Positions 1 through 10,139 are shown, counted from the first letter of the stretch. The stretch: DNA of 64,000 nucleotides from Mollicutes bacterium (GCA_003552925.1 PUOX01000057.1:34-64033); one strand, 5' to 3'. Made by a program: numbers and translations. Notes: generated from the sequence alone by a model not told the origin.

Positions 1-219
1 GGTCTTTTTTTCTACGGAGTGGGGGTTTCGATGCAACCGATCAGCCTCCTTCATTTGAAGAAGGGCCTGATTGGACATTGGGGGCAATCGGGTGCGTTCG
101 CCTTTTATCATCCGGGCCATGATGTGTACATGAGCGGAACGGTCAATCAGTATGTCGGCCACAACAAAGCCGTTCGCGTCATTCTTCGTGCGCTCAAGGA
201 TATCAAAAAACAGCGTTAA
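1..219 (+). CDS. serine hydrolase / beta-lactamase-family protein, C-terminal fragment (5' end outside window)
   Basis: The frame is open from base 1. The ...GHWGQSGAFAFYHPG...TVNQ segment resembles the C-terminal part of class-C beta-lactamase/PBP-like hydrolases. A hairpin with T-run follows. Confidence 0.45.
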   Translation, partial: GLFFYGVGVSMQPISLLHLKKGLIGHWGQSGAFAFYHPGHDVYMSGTVNQYVGHNKAVRVILRALKDIKKQR

Positions 220-257
220 AGGTTCTATGTCTTATGGTATGAATTACTTGCGTTTGC

Positions 258-284
258 AAAACCGCCTTTTTGGGCGGTTTTTTC
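258..284 (+). terminator. rho-independent terminator
   Basis: AAAACCGCC-tttttg-GGCGGTTTT hairpin followed by a T-run. Confidence 0.7.
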
Positions 285-390
285 ATGGTTGGATATGGGT
301 GGATACACATTTTTTATGCTTTTCAACCTTTCGGTTGATGGTAAAACCGAAACCTTATTCTATAATGGCGTTTGAAAGGAGAGGATTAGT

Positions 391-1326
391 ATGAAAAAAG
401 TATTGTCCATACGAAACCTGCAAAAAAGCTACAAAGAGAAAAAAGCGGTCAAAGGCATCAGCTTTGACGTATTCGAGGAAGAGGTGCTATGTTTTCTAGG
501 CCCCAACGGCGCCGGGAAAACAACGACCATCAACATCCTCGCGGGCATCTTGAACGAGGACCACGGAGAAATCTCTTATCGAGGCGAGCCTTTTAAAAAC
601 GTCTTGCGCAAGTATAAGAGCGAACTGGGCATCGTCCCCCAGGACATGGCGATTTACGAAGAGATCAGCGCTTTGAACAACGTGAAATTCTTCGCTTCGT
701 TATACGGTTTGAAAGGTGAAGCGCTCGAAACCGCCGCATTGGATGCGCTAAAACGCGTCGGTCTCTATAACGTCAGGAAAGACAAGCCCAAAACATTTTC
801 AGGCGGCATGAAACGCCGTTTGAACATCGCTTGCGGCGTCGCGCACAAGCCTAGCCTCGTCATCTTCGACGAACCGACCGTAGGCATCGACCCACAATCG
901 CGCAACCACATTCTTTCCTACATCAAGAGTTTGAAAGAAGAAGGCGTAACCGTTGTCTACACTTCGCATTACATGGAAGAAGTCGAAGAGATTTCCACAC
1001 GCATCATCATTATCGACTACGGCGAAATCATCGCAATCGGAACGAAAGAGGAACTCAAAGAGACTTTGGGCGACACCGACCGCTACACCATCGACGTCGA
1101 CAACGGCCGTATCGACACGGAGAAGTTCTACGCCATCGACGGCATCAAAGATGTCGCGTACAAAGACGGCAAGCTGTCCATGGATGTCATCCGCGGGGTT
1201 GACAGCTTGGACAAAGTCGTCGCCGAACTCATCGACCAAGACATCAAGCTCAACAGCTTGAACAAAGAAAGCGATACGCTCGAGCGGGTCTTCTTGAACC
1301 TGACCGGCCATTCGCTTAGGGCGTGA
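391..1326 (+). CDS. ABC transporter ATP-binding protein (ABC-2 exporter type)
   Basis: Walker [10 protein letters not shown], signature FSGGMKRRL and Walker [17 protein letters not shown] upstream of the ATG. Confidence 0.9.
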   Translation: MKKVLSIRNLQKSYKEKKAVKGISFDVFEEEVLCFLGPNGAGKTTTINILAGILNEDHGEISYRGEPFKNVLRKYKSELGIVPQDMAIYEEISALNNVKFFASLYGLKGEALETAALDALKRVGLYNVRKDKPKTFSGGMKRRLNIACGVAHKPSLVIFDEPTVGIDPQSRNHILSYIKSLKEEGVTVVYTSHYMEEVEEISTRIIIIDYGEIIAIGTKEELKETLGDTDRYTIDVDNGRIDTEKFYAIDGIKDVAYKDGKLSMDVIRGVDSLDKVVAELIDQDIKLNSLNKESDTLERVFLNLTGHSLRA

Positions 1327-1330
1327 AACC

Positions 1331-2065
1331 ATGCTCAGTATAATCAAACGCGATTTGATCAACGTTTGCCTAAACCCCGCACTCTTGCTTTACCAGACGC
1401 TCTTTCCCTTGCTCATGGTGTTGGTTTTGGGGCTTATGAACCGCAATCTCTACGACAGCGACCTGCTAAGCGTCCACGACTATTATGGCATCGGCATCAT
1501 CATCTACATGGCCGTCAACATCGCCATTATCGCCACGAACAGCTTCATGGAAGTGAGCATTAAAAACGCCAACCTCCGCATCGGTTATGCGCCGGTTGCT
1601 ACGTACAAGATTTATCTTTCGAAGATTCTCGCAACGTTTGTGTTTTGCATGCTCAGCCTCTTTGCACTGAGTGGAATCTTCCACCTGCTTTGGGGGGTTA
1701 ACTTCGGCGACTCCTTCCTCCTCTTCATGTTGCTGATTGCCTCCCTGGCACTGTTCTCATGTTCGCTGGGTGTCATGTTTTGCTGCCTGCTCAAAAGCGA
1801 AGAGACCGCCAACAAGATTCTCGGGCTTCTCATTTTGTTTTTGTCGCTCCTTGGCGGTGTGTTCTTCCATCCTCGCGCACTTGGCGACGGATTCGCACAG
1901 TTTAGTGCGCTATCCCCTGTGCGTTGGACCATGGAGGGTGCGCTCCGCTTGATCTATGACAGCGATGCGGCGTACATCGCTCCGGCCATTGCCATTTTGA
2001 GCGTTTTGACCTTGGCGGCCATTCTCGTTTGTCAAAAAACCTTCAAATTGGAGGACTATCTATGA
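1331..2065 (+). CDS. ABC-2 family transporter permease
   Basis: Multi-TM hydrophobic 244-aa protein immediately after the ATPase gene, with 4-nt spacing. Confidence 0.75.
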   Translation: MLSIIKRDLINVCLNPALLLYQTLFPLLMVLVLGLMNRNLYDSDLLSVHDYYGIGIIIYMAVNIAIIATNSFMEVSIKNANLRIGYAPVATYKIYLSKILATFVFCMLSLFALSGIFHLLWGVNFGDSFLLFMLLIASLALFSCSLGVMFCCLLKSEETANKILGLLILFLSLLGGVFFHPRALGDGFAQFSALSPVRWTMEGALRLIYDSDAAYIAPAIAILSVLTLAAILVCQKTFKLEDYL

Positions 2066-3018
2066 TTGCATTTTTCAAAGGATTCTTGGCCCGCATTGCG
2101 GCCAAGACGTATTATATCGGTTTTTCGATTTTCCTGACCGCCTTTTTCATCTTTTTGGCGATGCTGATCACCACAGGAGCGGAAGCTTCGATTCTTGTTG
2201 CGTATGTCGGAGAAGAAATGCCCGAAACCGAATCGGAGTTTGTCCGGTTTGAACACTTAAAAGAAGCGCCTTCCATGGCAGAAATGGTGCTTGGCGAATA
2301 CGACGTTTTGGTCGAAGACGGCGCGGAAAGGCGTATCGAGAGCTTGAAAAACGTCGAGTACGAGAGCATTGTCGCCGCTTTGCTGGCGGGAGAGAGTGTC
2401 GATGAGCATTTCGAGGATGATGGAAATCCCGCACCGCGCATCATCGGCTTCGCGCTTGTTGTGATTTTGTTGCAGTCGTTTTTCTACTTAGACTTGTTCA
2501 TCGAAGACAAGAAGAACGGCGCACTATCACGGATGCTTTCTTCGCCGAAGAGGTTAGGCGGGTACTTGAATGTCGTCTATCTATATGGAGCCGTCATCAT
2601 CTTCGTCGTTACGATGCTCGTCCTTGCCCTGCTACGCTTCGGCCTTGGCGAAACAATCGGCTTGAACTTCGGCTATTATGCGCTCTTGGTAGGGTTGTCT
2701 ACGTTGCTCGGTTCGGCGATGGCGTTTGCGATTACGGCGGTGATTGAAGTCCGTGACAACGCGGGAGGACTGTATGTCGTGTTGGTGCTTCTCACTTCCA
2801 TTTTATCGGGAAGCTTCGGGGCGTTGAACCTCGATGGAGGATTTGCAGAACGAGTGTCCCGCGCGATGCCGCAATATCACATCATCGAGTTGGCGCACGG
2901 CTTCGTCGACGGAAGTTTCTCCATCACGCATCTTCTTTATGTGATTGCTTTCATTGGCGCACTGCTGGCGCTGTCTTACACCGTCGTATCCCGCAAAGCG
3001 CGCACCGGAATGTATTGA
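2062..3018 (+). CDS. ABC-2 family transporter permease (second subunit, large extracytoplasmic loop)
   Basis: ATGA start/stop overlap with the previous gene and a GGAGG RBS. N-terminal TM, acidic loop, then a C-terminal bundle of five or more TM segments. Confidence 0.7.
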   Translation: MIAFFKGFLARIAAKTYYIGFSIFLTAFFIFLAMLITTGAEASILVAYVGEEMPETESEFVRFEHLKEAPSMAEMVLGEYDVLVEDGAERRIESLKNVEYESIVAALLAGESVDEHFEDDGNPAPRIIGFALVVILLQSFFYLDLFIEDKKNGALSRMLSSPKRLGGYLNVVYLYGAVIIFVVTMLVLALLRFGLGETIGLNFGYYALLVGLSTLLGSAMAFAITAVIEVRDNAGGLYVVLVLLTSILSGSFGALNLDGGFAERVSRAMPQYHIIELAHGFVDGSFSITHLLYVIAFIGALLALSYTVVSRKARTGMY

Positions 3019-3063
3019 GTTTTCTTTTCAAGCGCAGTACAATGGAAGCAAGGCGGTGAGATT

Positions 3064-5631
3064 ATGGTGGATCGAATCATTCGCACAAAATGCGTAACAC
3101 CTACGTTGAAAGAACCCCTACCTTCCCCTGAAAGACGCTTGAAAGAAGAAGAACTGTCCAAAAAAATGTTGCATGTCACAGGAGGTCCTGGTACCGGTAA
3201 AACCACACTAGCGGCCTCCTCTTTGCATGTTCAAAATAAGCGCGTCAAATGGTTGACGCTGGATGCTCACGACAACGCCTTGACCACTTTTTGGCATTAC
3301 ATGATGTACTTGTTCGAGGATGATTTGGACACGCATTCTTTGGAAGATTTGCGCAACGCCTTGAACACGGTCGCAACGTATGAAGACTTTCAAAAAATCG
3401 TGCCGGCCTTTATCAACCAACTGATGAATGTACCCTTGAGCTGGGTCGTCCTCGACGACTTTCACCATCTTAATGACAAGCGTCTGTTGGAAAGTTTTGA
3501 GACGTTTTTGCGCCATGCTCCCGCTACGCTGCATTTTGTAACCCTCTCAAGGGAGAAGTCGCCTCTTTCGCTTCACGATATGCTGATGAAGGGCGACGCG
3601 CTTGTTTTAGGAAAAAATCGCCTTTCTTTCGACGACCATGAGGCCCATCGCTTTTTGACGCACGTCCTTCAAAAGGACCCCGGGTTTAAAACCGCCAAAA
3701 GGTGGAACGCCTTATGCGAAGGCTGGCCCGGCGGTTTGCAGCTTTTGGCGCTCGGAGGCCGTCTTGAAAAAACAAACGTTTCGTTGAATCAAGAAACCAT
3801 CGATTATTTGCGCCGCGAGGTCTTTGACACCATGACCGAAGCTGAACAAGATTTGTTGGTTTCGGCGGCACCGCTCGATTATATCCAAAGTGAAATCGCC
3901 AATGTACTACTTGAAATCGACGAGGCGGAAACGCTCCTTGAGACCTTGGCAAAACGCTATATGTTCATTTCCACGGATGTGGCGACGGAAAAGGCTTATC
4001 GCGTACACTCGTTGTTTCGTTCGTATATGCGTACGCTATTCGAACAATTGCCAAGTGAACGTCAAAGTGTCTTAAGACGACGCATAGCGGAGTATTATCT
4101 GAAACGCGGCGAAACCAAGCGCGCCTTTGAACAACTCCTGATTCTTGAAGACTATAAGCGCGCGCTTTCCCTTCTACGAGAAGAAGAAAGCCTCTATGTT
4201 TATGAGATGCTGCAACAAGTGCCCGTCGAAGAAGTGTTGGAAGATATACCCATCGCTTTTGAACTCGCCTTTTACAGCATGCTCAACCATGACATTCAAA
4301 AAGCCGAGCGCATCATGAAAGTGCTTGAAAAACATAGCGATCCCGATGTGGTCGAACTTGCCGGATTGTTTAACGTCGTCAAAAGCCAGGAAAACCTTTC
4401 CCAACTAAGGGTTTACGAAAAAGACGGAAAAACCGCCCAACGTTTGATGGCGCTCGTTGAAAAGATGAATTTCAGCGACGTTGCGAAGATTGTTTTGCAA
4501 ATCAACACCGCGGTTCCGCTTTTTTACGCCGATAGGTTCTTGGACGCTATCGAACTTCTGGAACAATCAAAAACCTTGGCCGAAGCGAGAAACAACCCTC
4601 ACATGATCTATTTCACCAAACTGTTCGAAGCGCAGATTCACGAACACCTAGGGCATTTAAAGCTTTCCTCACAGCGATACACAGAGTTGCACGACCTTTT
4701 GGACAAGCATCCCTACCTTGCTCCGGCAAGGGCGAACCTCATGCTTGGCGAAGCGGGCGTGGATTTCAAGCGCTTGGATTTGAAAAGCGCGGAAGAACGT
4801 ATTGAAAAAGCGGCCGAACTTCGCCCGGACGAGCCTTTCGAGCTTTTTGACATGGCGCTATTGCTGCACCGGATGGAATTGAGCGCCTTGCGGGGGAACA
4901 CCGAGGACGCCCGCGCCCACCTTGACAACATTCTCAAAGCCGTCGCGCTTTCCGATTCTCCCTTTTTAGGCCAGAGCATGCGCTATATCCTTTTGTTGGA
5001 TTTCGACAAGGAGAAGCACATCGAAGACTTTTTGAACGTATACAAAACGCGGTGCGAACTCGGGATACAAAGAGTCGAAGACGACTTGGCGAATGTGGAA
5101 GTGCACATTGTTAAAGGCGAAAGCGAAAGGGTTGAAGAAACATTGAAAAAGACCCTTGAAACAATGCGACGTGAGAAAAAGCTATTGTATTTGACGGATG
5201 GGCTTTTGCTGAAAGCGGCCATTGCATCGCGAAAGAGCGATATGAAAACTTTCGACAATACGATGCTGGAGGCGCTTTATTACGCACATTCGCAGGACAT
5301 TCAAAAACCGTTTATTTTTCGGAAAGCAGACTTGCGCAAGCACCTTCCCGCCTTTGAAAGACGTAAGGGCGGTGCGCTTTCTCCAGAAGAAAAGCGTTTT
5401 GTGAAAAAGGTCTCCGATAAGATTGGGTTAACCTCCCACAATCTTTCTCCGAGGGAACTCGACGTGCTCAAAGTTCTTGCCACCGGCGCCAGCAACAAAG
5501 AAATCGCCGAGACGCTTCACGTATCGCTTGCAACGGTGAAAACCCATATCAACAACATCTACGCCAAACTTTCCGTACGCAACCGTGTGCAAGCCATAGA
5601 GAAAGCAAAAAACTCGTTTTTAACCGAATGA
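3064..5631 (+). CDS. MalT-like STAND NTPase / LuxR-family transcriptional regulator
   Basis: P-loop GGPGTGKTT near the N-terminus, a long helical (TPR-like) middle region, and a C-terminal LuxR HTH (LSPRELDVLKVLATGASNKEIAETLHVSLATVKTHINNIYAKL). Confidence 0.85.
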   Translation: MVDRIIRTKCVTPTLKEPLPSPERRLKEEELSKKMLHVTGGPGTGKTTLAASSLHVQNKRVKWLTLDAHDNALTTFWHYMMYLFEDDLDTHSLEDLRNALNTVATYEDFQKIVPAFINQLMNVPLSWVVLDDFHHLNDKRLLESFETFLRHAPATLHFVTLSREKSPLSLHDMLMKGDALVLGKNRLSFDDHEAHRFLTHVLQKDPGFKTAKRWNALCEGWPGGLQLLALGGRLEKTNVSLNQETIDYLRREVFDTMTEAEQDLLVSAAPLDYIQSEIANVLLEIDEAETLLETLAKRYMFISTDVATEKAYRVHSLFRSYMRTLFEQLPSERQSVLRRRIAEYYLKRGETKRAFEQLLILEDYKRALSLLREEESLYVYEMLQQVPVEEVLEDIPIAFELAFYSMLNHDIQKAERIMKVLEKHSDPDVVELAGLFNVVKSQENLSQLRVYEKDGKTAQRLMALVEKMNFSDVAKIVLQINTAVPLFYADRFLDAIELLEQSKTLAEARNNPHMIYFTKLFEAQIHEHLGHLKLSSQRYTELHDLLDKHPYLAPARANLMLGEAGVDFKRLDLKSAEERIEKAAELRPDEPFELFDMALLLHRMELSALRGNTEDARAHLDNILKAVALSDSPFLGQSMRYILLLDFDKEKHIEDFLNVYKTRCELGIQRVEDDLANVEVHIVKGESERVEETLKKTLETMRREKKLLYLTDGLLLKAAIASRKSDMKTFDNTMLEALYYAHSQDIQKPFIFRKADLRKHLPAFERRKGGALSPEEKRFVKKVSDKIGLTSHNLSPRELDVLKVLATGASNKEIAETLHVSLATVKTHINNIYAKLSVRNRVQAIEKAKNSFLTE

Positions 5632-5670
5632 AAAAGCTGTATGCGTGCATATGCTTGATATGACTCAAGC

Positions 5671-5712
5671 AAAAAGACCGCGTCTATGATAAGTGGACAC
5701 GGTCTTATTTTA
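5671..5712. terminator. bidirectional terminator between convergent genes
   Basis: AAGACCGcGTC...GACaCGGTCTT hairpin flanked by an A-run and a T-rich run. Confidence 0.6.
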
Positions 5713-5726
5713 TGCAGTGAGGATGT

Positions 5727-6581
5727 TTAGGATTGTTCATGATTAGGTAAAGGGTTTTTAAAAGCATGCGTTTTCAAAAGTTGATACAAAAGGACGGCGC
5801 CAATGGCCAAACATGCCGCGCCAAGGAGTTCTAGCGTCTCTTCCACCAAATAGTCCATGAAGTAATACCCTAAGTTTTTCCCTCGAGCTTCGATGGTTTC
5901 GTTCGCAATGCGCCATGTCTCGATGGTGTCGAAGCCCAATCGACCAATCAGGGCGTCTCCGAAACGCATGTACCAGTTGTTCAAGTGCCTTGTCGCCGAG
6001 AAAAAGGCGGCGACGCCATAAAATCCATACCCGGCAACCAAGAGGAGCAACGCCTTCTTGCAGCGGAAAAACAAAGGCAACAACCGCACAAAGCTTATAA
6101 CCATCAACGTTGCCATGATGGCATAAGTGGAGACTTCAACGGCGATCGCCGCGGGTGATTCTAGAGGATCGTTAAAATCAAGAACCAGGGCGAAAAACCT
6201 TCGCAGCCAATGCCTCGTGTTGAGCGTATCCTCAAGAAACAGTAAAAACGCCGCGATTGTCCAAAGGCGGAATGCACGAAAGAGATGGATTTCGCCGGAG
6301 GCTTTGAGCGATTTTGTGATGGTGAACAGCGTTGCGACAACGAAAAAGAGGTACAGCCATTGGACGTTTTCGGTAAAGCTTCCTTGTGTAGAGATGAAAT
6401 ACCAAAAAAGTGGCACTTCAAAACGCTTGATGTCGAACATGCCCTCAATGGATTTCATGATGGCCTGTGAGCCAAACAAGTTCAAAATGTCCACAGTCAG
6501 AATGATGGTGCCCGTCACAAGCAGATACACCAGCAACAACCGTACCATCCATGTGGTGGAGAAGAATTTTGTCATAAACAT
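5727..6581 (-). CDS. polytopic membrane protein, unknown function
   Basis: Long ORF with many hydrophobic segments. The start is uncertain: the ORF opens at 6656, and internal ATGs at 6608, 6581 and 6575 are candidates. Confidence 0.5.
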   Translation of the reverse strand: MFMTKFFSTTWMVRLLLVYLLVTGTIILTVDILNLFGSQAIMKSIEGMFDIKRFEVPLFWYFISTQGSFTENVQWLYLFFVVATLFTITKSLKASGEIHLFRAFRLWTIAAFLLFLEDTLNTRHWLRRFFALVLDFNDPLESPAAIAVEVSTYAIMATLMVISFVRLLPLFFRCKKALLLLVAGYGFYGVAAFFSATRHLNNWYMRFGDALIGRLGFDTIETWRIANETIEARGKNLGYYFMDYLVEETLELLGAACLAIGAVLLYQLLKTHAFKNPLPNHEQS

Positions 6582-6753
6582 CGTCCTATGGGTTAATCTG
6601 TTTTCCATTATACTAGAAAAAGCCCCTTTTCCGACAAGCTTCTTCAAATAAATCAAACTTTTTCTTTTGAATAGGACGAATTGTGTAGGGATTTAGAGAC
6701 GTGAGGGGTATAATATAATAAAGAAAAGCAATTTTAGAAGGGAGATTTTGATT

Positions 6754-7545
6754 GTGAATGTAAGTGGAAAAGTTGTCGTGGTTACAGGTGGTGGAAACGG
6801 CATCGGACGCGAGTTGGTTTTACAGTTGCTTCGCGAGGGCGCTTCGGTCGCGGCGGTTGATATCGACGAGAAAGGTCTTAAAGAAACTGAAAAACATTCA
6901 GGGGAATTCAGCGGGAACCTTTCGATCCATAAAGTGGATCTATCTGACCAAGAAGCCGTTCATGCGCTTTCAAACAAGGTGCAAGAGATTCATAAACATG
7001 TCGATGCCATCATCAACAACGCCGGCATCATCCAACCGTTCGTGCATGTGAACGATTTGGACTACGACCGCATCAATTTGGTGATGGATGTCAATTTCTA
7101 CGGCACGCTTTACATGGTCAAAGCGTTTTTGCCTTATTTGCTAAAGCGCCCAGAAGCGCACATTACCAACGTCTCTAGCATGGGGGCATACGTTCCTGTG
7201 CCGGGACAATCCATTTATGGAGCCTCGAAAGCAGCGGTCAAACTTATGACTGAAGGCCTCCACTCAGAACTGAAAAACACCAACGTCGGTGTGACCATCG
7301 TGTTTCCTGGCGCCGTAGGTACCGACATCATGAAGCATTCGGGCGCTGAGGGGTCACGCACGCCGAAAGAAGGCGAGAAAGAATACAAAGTGTTGTCGGC
7401 CGACAAAGCTGCGTCCCTGATATTAAAGGCAATGAGAAAGAAAAAATATCGTGCGACTGTCGGCGGAGACGCTAGATTTATGGACATCCTTTCACGCCTT
7501 AGTCCCAAAAGGGCCGCAAAAATTATTGCCAACAAACTCGGATAG
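6754..7545 (+). CDS. SDR-family oxidoreductase
   Basis: TGGGNGIGR Rossmann motif, NNAG, and a YGASK catalytic Y-x3-K. GTG at 6754 has better RBS spacing (AAGGGAG) than TTG at 6748. Confidence 0.85.
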   Translation: MNVSGKVVVVTGGGNGIGRELVLQLLREGASVAAVDIDEKGLKETEKHSGEFSGNLSIHKVDLSDQEAVHALSNKVQEIHKHVDAIINNAGIIQPFVHVNDLDYDRINLVMDVNFYGTLYMVKAFLPYLLKRPEAHITNVSSMGAYVPVPGQSIYGASKAAVKLMTEGLHSELKNTNVGVTIVFPGAVGTDIMKHSGAEGSRTPKEGEKEYKVLSADKAASLILKAMRKKKYRATVGGDARFMDILSRLSPKRAAKIIANKLG

Positions 7546-7571
7546 TTTTGTGTTTTCTTAATTGAAACTAC

Positions 7572-7615
7572 AAAAAATAGACACTGCGAATTATAAAGCG
7601 CCAGTGTCTATTTTG
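7572..7615. terminator. bidirectional terminator
   Basis: ATAGACACTG...CAGTGTCTAT 10-bp stem with an A-run on one side and a T-run on the other. Confidence 0.7.
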
Positions 7616-7662
7616 TAATGATTAGTATAGTGTGTTATGAAAGCTGTTGAGTTTTCAACATC

Positions 7663-7989
7663 TTATCCCCTTGGTTTGTAGGAGGGCGTTTTGATGTTCA
7701 AAAACGTTAAACGTTCGCTTTTGGCCGATACGGACATGCTAGTGTTTTTGGGGCAAGTGACTATTGAATATGGTTTCACGTCGTAAGAAGAGTCGCCGAT
7801 AGTGATTGATCCTTGGCCTTCAAGGACAAAGAATGTGACATCCACGGGGACTTGATGTGGAGGGATGGTTTGCCCTGCATGCAAGATAAGTTGCTTCATC
7901 AATGCATTTTCGTGATCAACGAGAACTCTAGAGTCGATGCCGCGGATGTTTTTTTCTACGGGGATTTCAAGCATATGTTTATAGACCAT
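7663..7989 (-). CDS. cupin domain protein
   Basis: About 108 aa with the pattern of a small single-domain cupin (...HAGQTIPPHQVPVDVTFFVLEGQG...). GGAGGTG RBS before the ATG at 7989. Confidence 0.7.
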   Translation of the reverse strand: MVYKHMLEIPVEKNIRGIDSRVLVDHENALMKQLILHAGQTIPPHQVPVDVTFFVLEGQGSITIGDSSYDVKPYSIVTCPKNTSMSVSAKSERLTFLNIKTPSYKPRG

Positions 7990-8156
7990 GATACACCTCC
8001 ATTTTCTCAATAGATAAGCGTTTTTATTGTATCGTACCGACTATATTATTGTACCAAACTTTGTTTTGTGTAAGAGAGTAAGACGCATTTATTGTTAATA
8101 GCACTAGTGGTTGCATATCTCCATTGTCATCGCTGAGTGTTGATGGAAATGCTTGA

Positions 8157-8777
8157 TTATGAGGATTGATAACGTATAGCGTCAACTGGACAAACACGGG
8201 AACAATTATGACAAACCAAGCACTCATCGATGTGAATGTGATGGGCGTGCTTCAGCTTTTCAATCGCTTCGGTAGGACACGCTTTTTTGCATAGTCCGCA
8301 ATTTGTGCAGGTTTCTTCATCGATAATCATGGCGCGCTTGGATTTTTTGGACAAAGCTTTTAGAAGAGTTCCGTAAGGACAAAGGTAACGGTGAAACAGC
8401 GATTCTTCAAAAAGCAGTGTGACGAGTGCGCCCAAAATCAGCAATCCCGGCAACACGGGTATTTGACGCCCGGTGACGATAACAAACAAGAAGGCGACAA
8501 CAAATACCCCTAAAAAGCTGTATCTAATGGAGTTGCGCTTTAAGAAATTCGGTGTTGAGAACCTAGGAATTCGGAAAGTCTTCCGAAGATATTCCACGGC
8601 TTTCATAATCGTGTTGATCGGGCATAACCAGCCACAGTAGAATCTGCTGAACAACAAGGCCGACAAAAGCGCTAACGCAAACACGCCTAACCACATTTGC
8701 ATCAGGTCAAGGGCAATTAAAGCTATGAACAAAGCCAAAAAAACAATTTGCACGAGTACTTGTATGATTTTATGCAT
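8157..8777 (-). CDS. membrane-bound 4Fe-4S binding protein (NapH/MauN/NosR-like)
   Basis: TM segments with CGWLCP and RYLCPYG motifs, plus C-terminal CTNCGLCKKACP and CLVCHNCSRVCP ferredoxin motifs. Confidence 0.8.
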   Translation of the reverse strand: MHKIIQVLVQIVFLALFIALIALDLMQMWLGVFALALLSALLFSRFYCGWLCPINTIMKAVEYLRKTFRIPRFSTPNFLKRNSIRYSFLGVFVVAFLFVIVTGRQIPVLPGLLILGALVTLLFEESLFHRYLCPYGTLLKALSKKSKRAMIIDEETCTNCGLCKKACPTEAIEKLKHAHHIHIDECLVCHNCSRVCPVDAIRYQSS

Positions 8778-8823
8778 AAGAAATCCCTCCTGATGACAGT
8801 ATAGTTGCTATTCTCTCATAAAT

Positions 8824-8841
8824 CCGTTACCATGGTAACGG
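8824..8841. promoter_or_regulatory. perfect 18-bp palindrome, candidate Crp/Fnr-family operator
   Basis: CCGTTACCATGGTAACGG (GTTAC-N4-GTAAC core) lies in the 77-bp divergent intergenic region between the 4Fe-4S gene and the Crp/Fnr gene. Confidence 0.45.
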
Positions 8842-8854
8842 AAGGAATGATTGT

Positions 8855-9532
8855 ATGATTCATGAAGATTGTCTTTCAATGCTCATTAGGCTTGAACCTT
8901 TTAAACGGCTTACGTCGGACGTGCTTAAAAAGATTTGCAAAGCCTCCGATTTGCGTCGTTATGATTCGCAGGAAGTTGTGTATTTCCCCGATACCGACTG
9001 TGAAACGTTGGACGTGATTGTTGATGGGGAAGTTGCCGTCAAACATGTGTCCAAGCACGGTCACGTGCTAATCATCGAAAGTTTCACGGCGCCTGCTTTG
9101 GTTGGTTTGAATTGCCTTTTCTCTGAGCAGTCAATGCGTACCATGCTGGTTCAAGCGCAATCATCGACGAAAATTCTTAAAGTATCGAAAAATACGTTGT
9201 TGGAATTGTTGAAAGAACATGAAGCATTCATGATTTCAACAATGCGAGAACTTTCCAAAAGAACACATATATTGGCCACAAAACTTTCGAAACTGACACT
9301 ACTAAGTTTGCGCGAACGCATCGTTTTGTATTTAAAAGAAGCTTCAAGCGCACAAGGTTCTTGGAACGTGGCCCTCTCTTCTAGCAAGGCTGAGCTTGCG
9401 GAAACACTTGGTACAAGACGTTCGTCTTTGAGCCGGGAGCTTATAAAAATGAGAGAAGAAGGCTTGTTGACGTTTGACCGCCACTCGATACAAATCAAAG
9501 ACTCCGCTCTTTTCGAAGAGATTGACGGATAA
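8855..9532 (+). CDS. Crp/Fnr-family transcriptional regulator
   Basis: N-terminal cNMP-binding-like beta-barrel and a C-terminal HTH (SKAELAETLGTRRSSLSRELIKMREEGLL). Confidence 0.8.
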   Translation: MIHEDCLSMLIRLEPFKRLTSDVLKKICKASDLRRYDSQEVVYFPDTDCETLDVIVDGEVAVKHVSKHGHVLIIESFTAPALVGLNCLFSEQSMRTMLVQAQSSTKILKVSKNTLLELLKEHEAFMISTMRELSKRTHILATKLSKLTLLSLRERIVLYLKEASSAQGSWNVALSSSKAELAETLGTRRSSLSRELIKMREEGLLTFDRHSIQIKDSALFEEIDG

Positions 9533-9632
9533 GCTTCTCGACTGTTCAGCGATTATCATAATAAAAGTCGTTTCAACCATATGGTATGAGGTCGAAACGA
9601 CTTTTTCGTCGTGGCGATAGTAGAGTAAGACG

Positions 9633-10139
9633 TTATTGCAACGCTGCAATAATCGCTTTTAAAAACGCCGGCAAATCGTTGGGAGTCCTTGAGGTGATGA
9701 GATTGTCGTCCACGACGACTTCTTGGTCCAAATAGGTGGCGCCTGCGTTTTCGATGTCTTTGCGTACGGTGGGGAAGCCGGTCATTTTGCGGTTGTGCAA
9801 GTCGGTGGCGGAAATCACGACCCATGGTGCGTGGCAAATGGCCGCAACGGGTTTTTTCAAGTCGTTCATGGCCTTGACGAAGTCAATCGTCGCTTGTGTG
9901 CGTCGCATGTTGTCGGGAGAGAAGCCGCCGGGAATGACAACGGCGTCGTACTCTTCGGCCTTGACTTCCGAAGACGCTCGGTCGCTTTTGGCGGCTACGC
10001 CGCTTTTGCTTTTGTAGATTGTGTCTTTATCCGAGCCGACCAAATCCACTTCAAACCCTTCTTCTAAAAGCCGATAGTAAGGATAGAACAACTCACGCTC
10101 ATCGTAGATGTTTTCGAGCAATACCGCGATTCTTTTCAT
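9633..10139 (-). CDS. DJ-1/PfpI family protein (type 1 glutamine amidotransferase-like)
   Basis: 168 aa containing DAVVIPGG and the AAICHAPW nucleophile-elbow Cys-His motif. AAGGAGG RBS. Confidence 0.85.
   Translation of the reverse strand: MKRIAVLLENIYDERELFYPYYRLLEEGFEVDLVGSDKDTIYKSKSGVAAKSDRASSEVKAEEYDAVVIPGGFSPDNMRRTQATIDFVKAMNDLKKPVAAICHAPWVVISATDLHNRKMTGFPTVRKDIENAGATYLDQEVVVDDNLITSRTPNDLPAFLKAIIAALQ

Noticed and set aside
7663-9532. Reductive-dehalogenase or nitrous-oxide-reductase locus
   Set aside because: Only the accessory-like membrane 4Fe-4S protein, a cupin and a Crp/Fnr regulator are present. No RdhA, NosZ or NapA catalytic subunit is encoded in the window.
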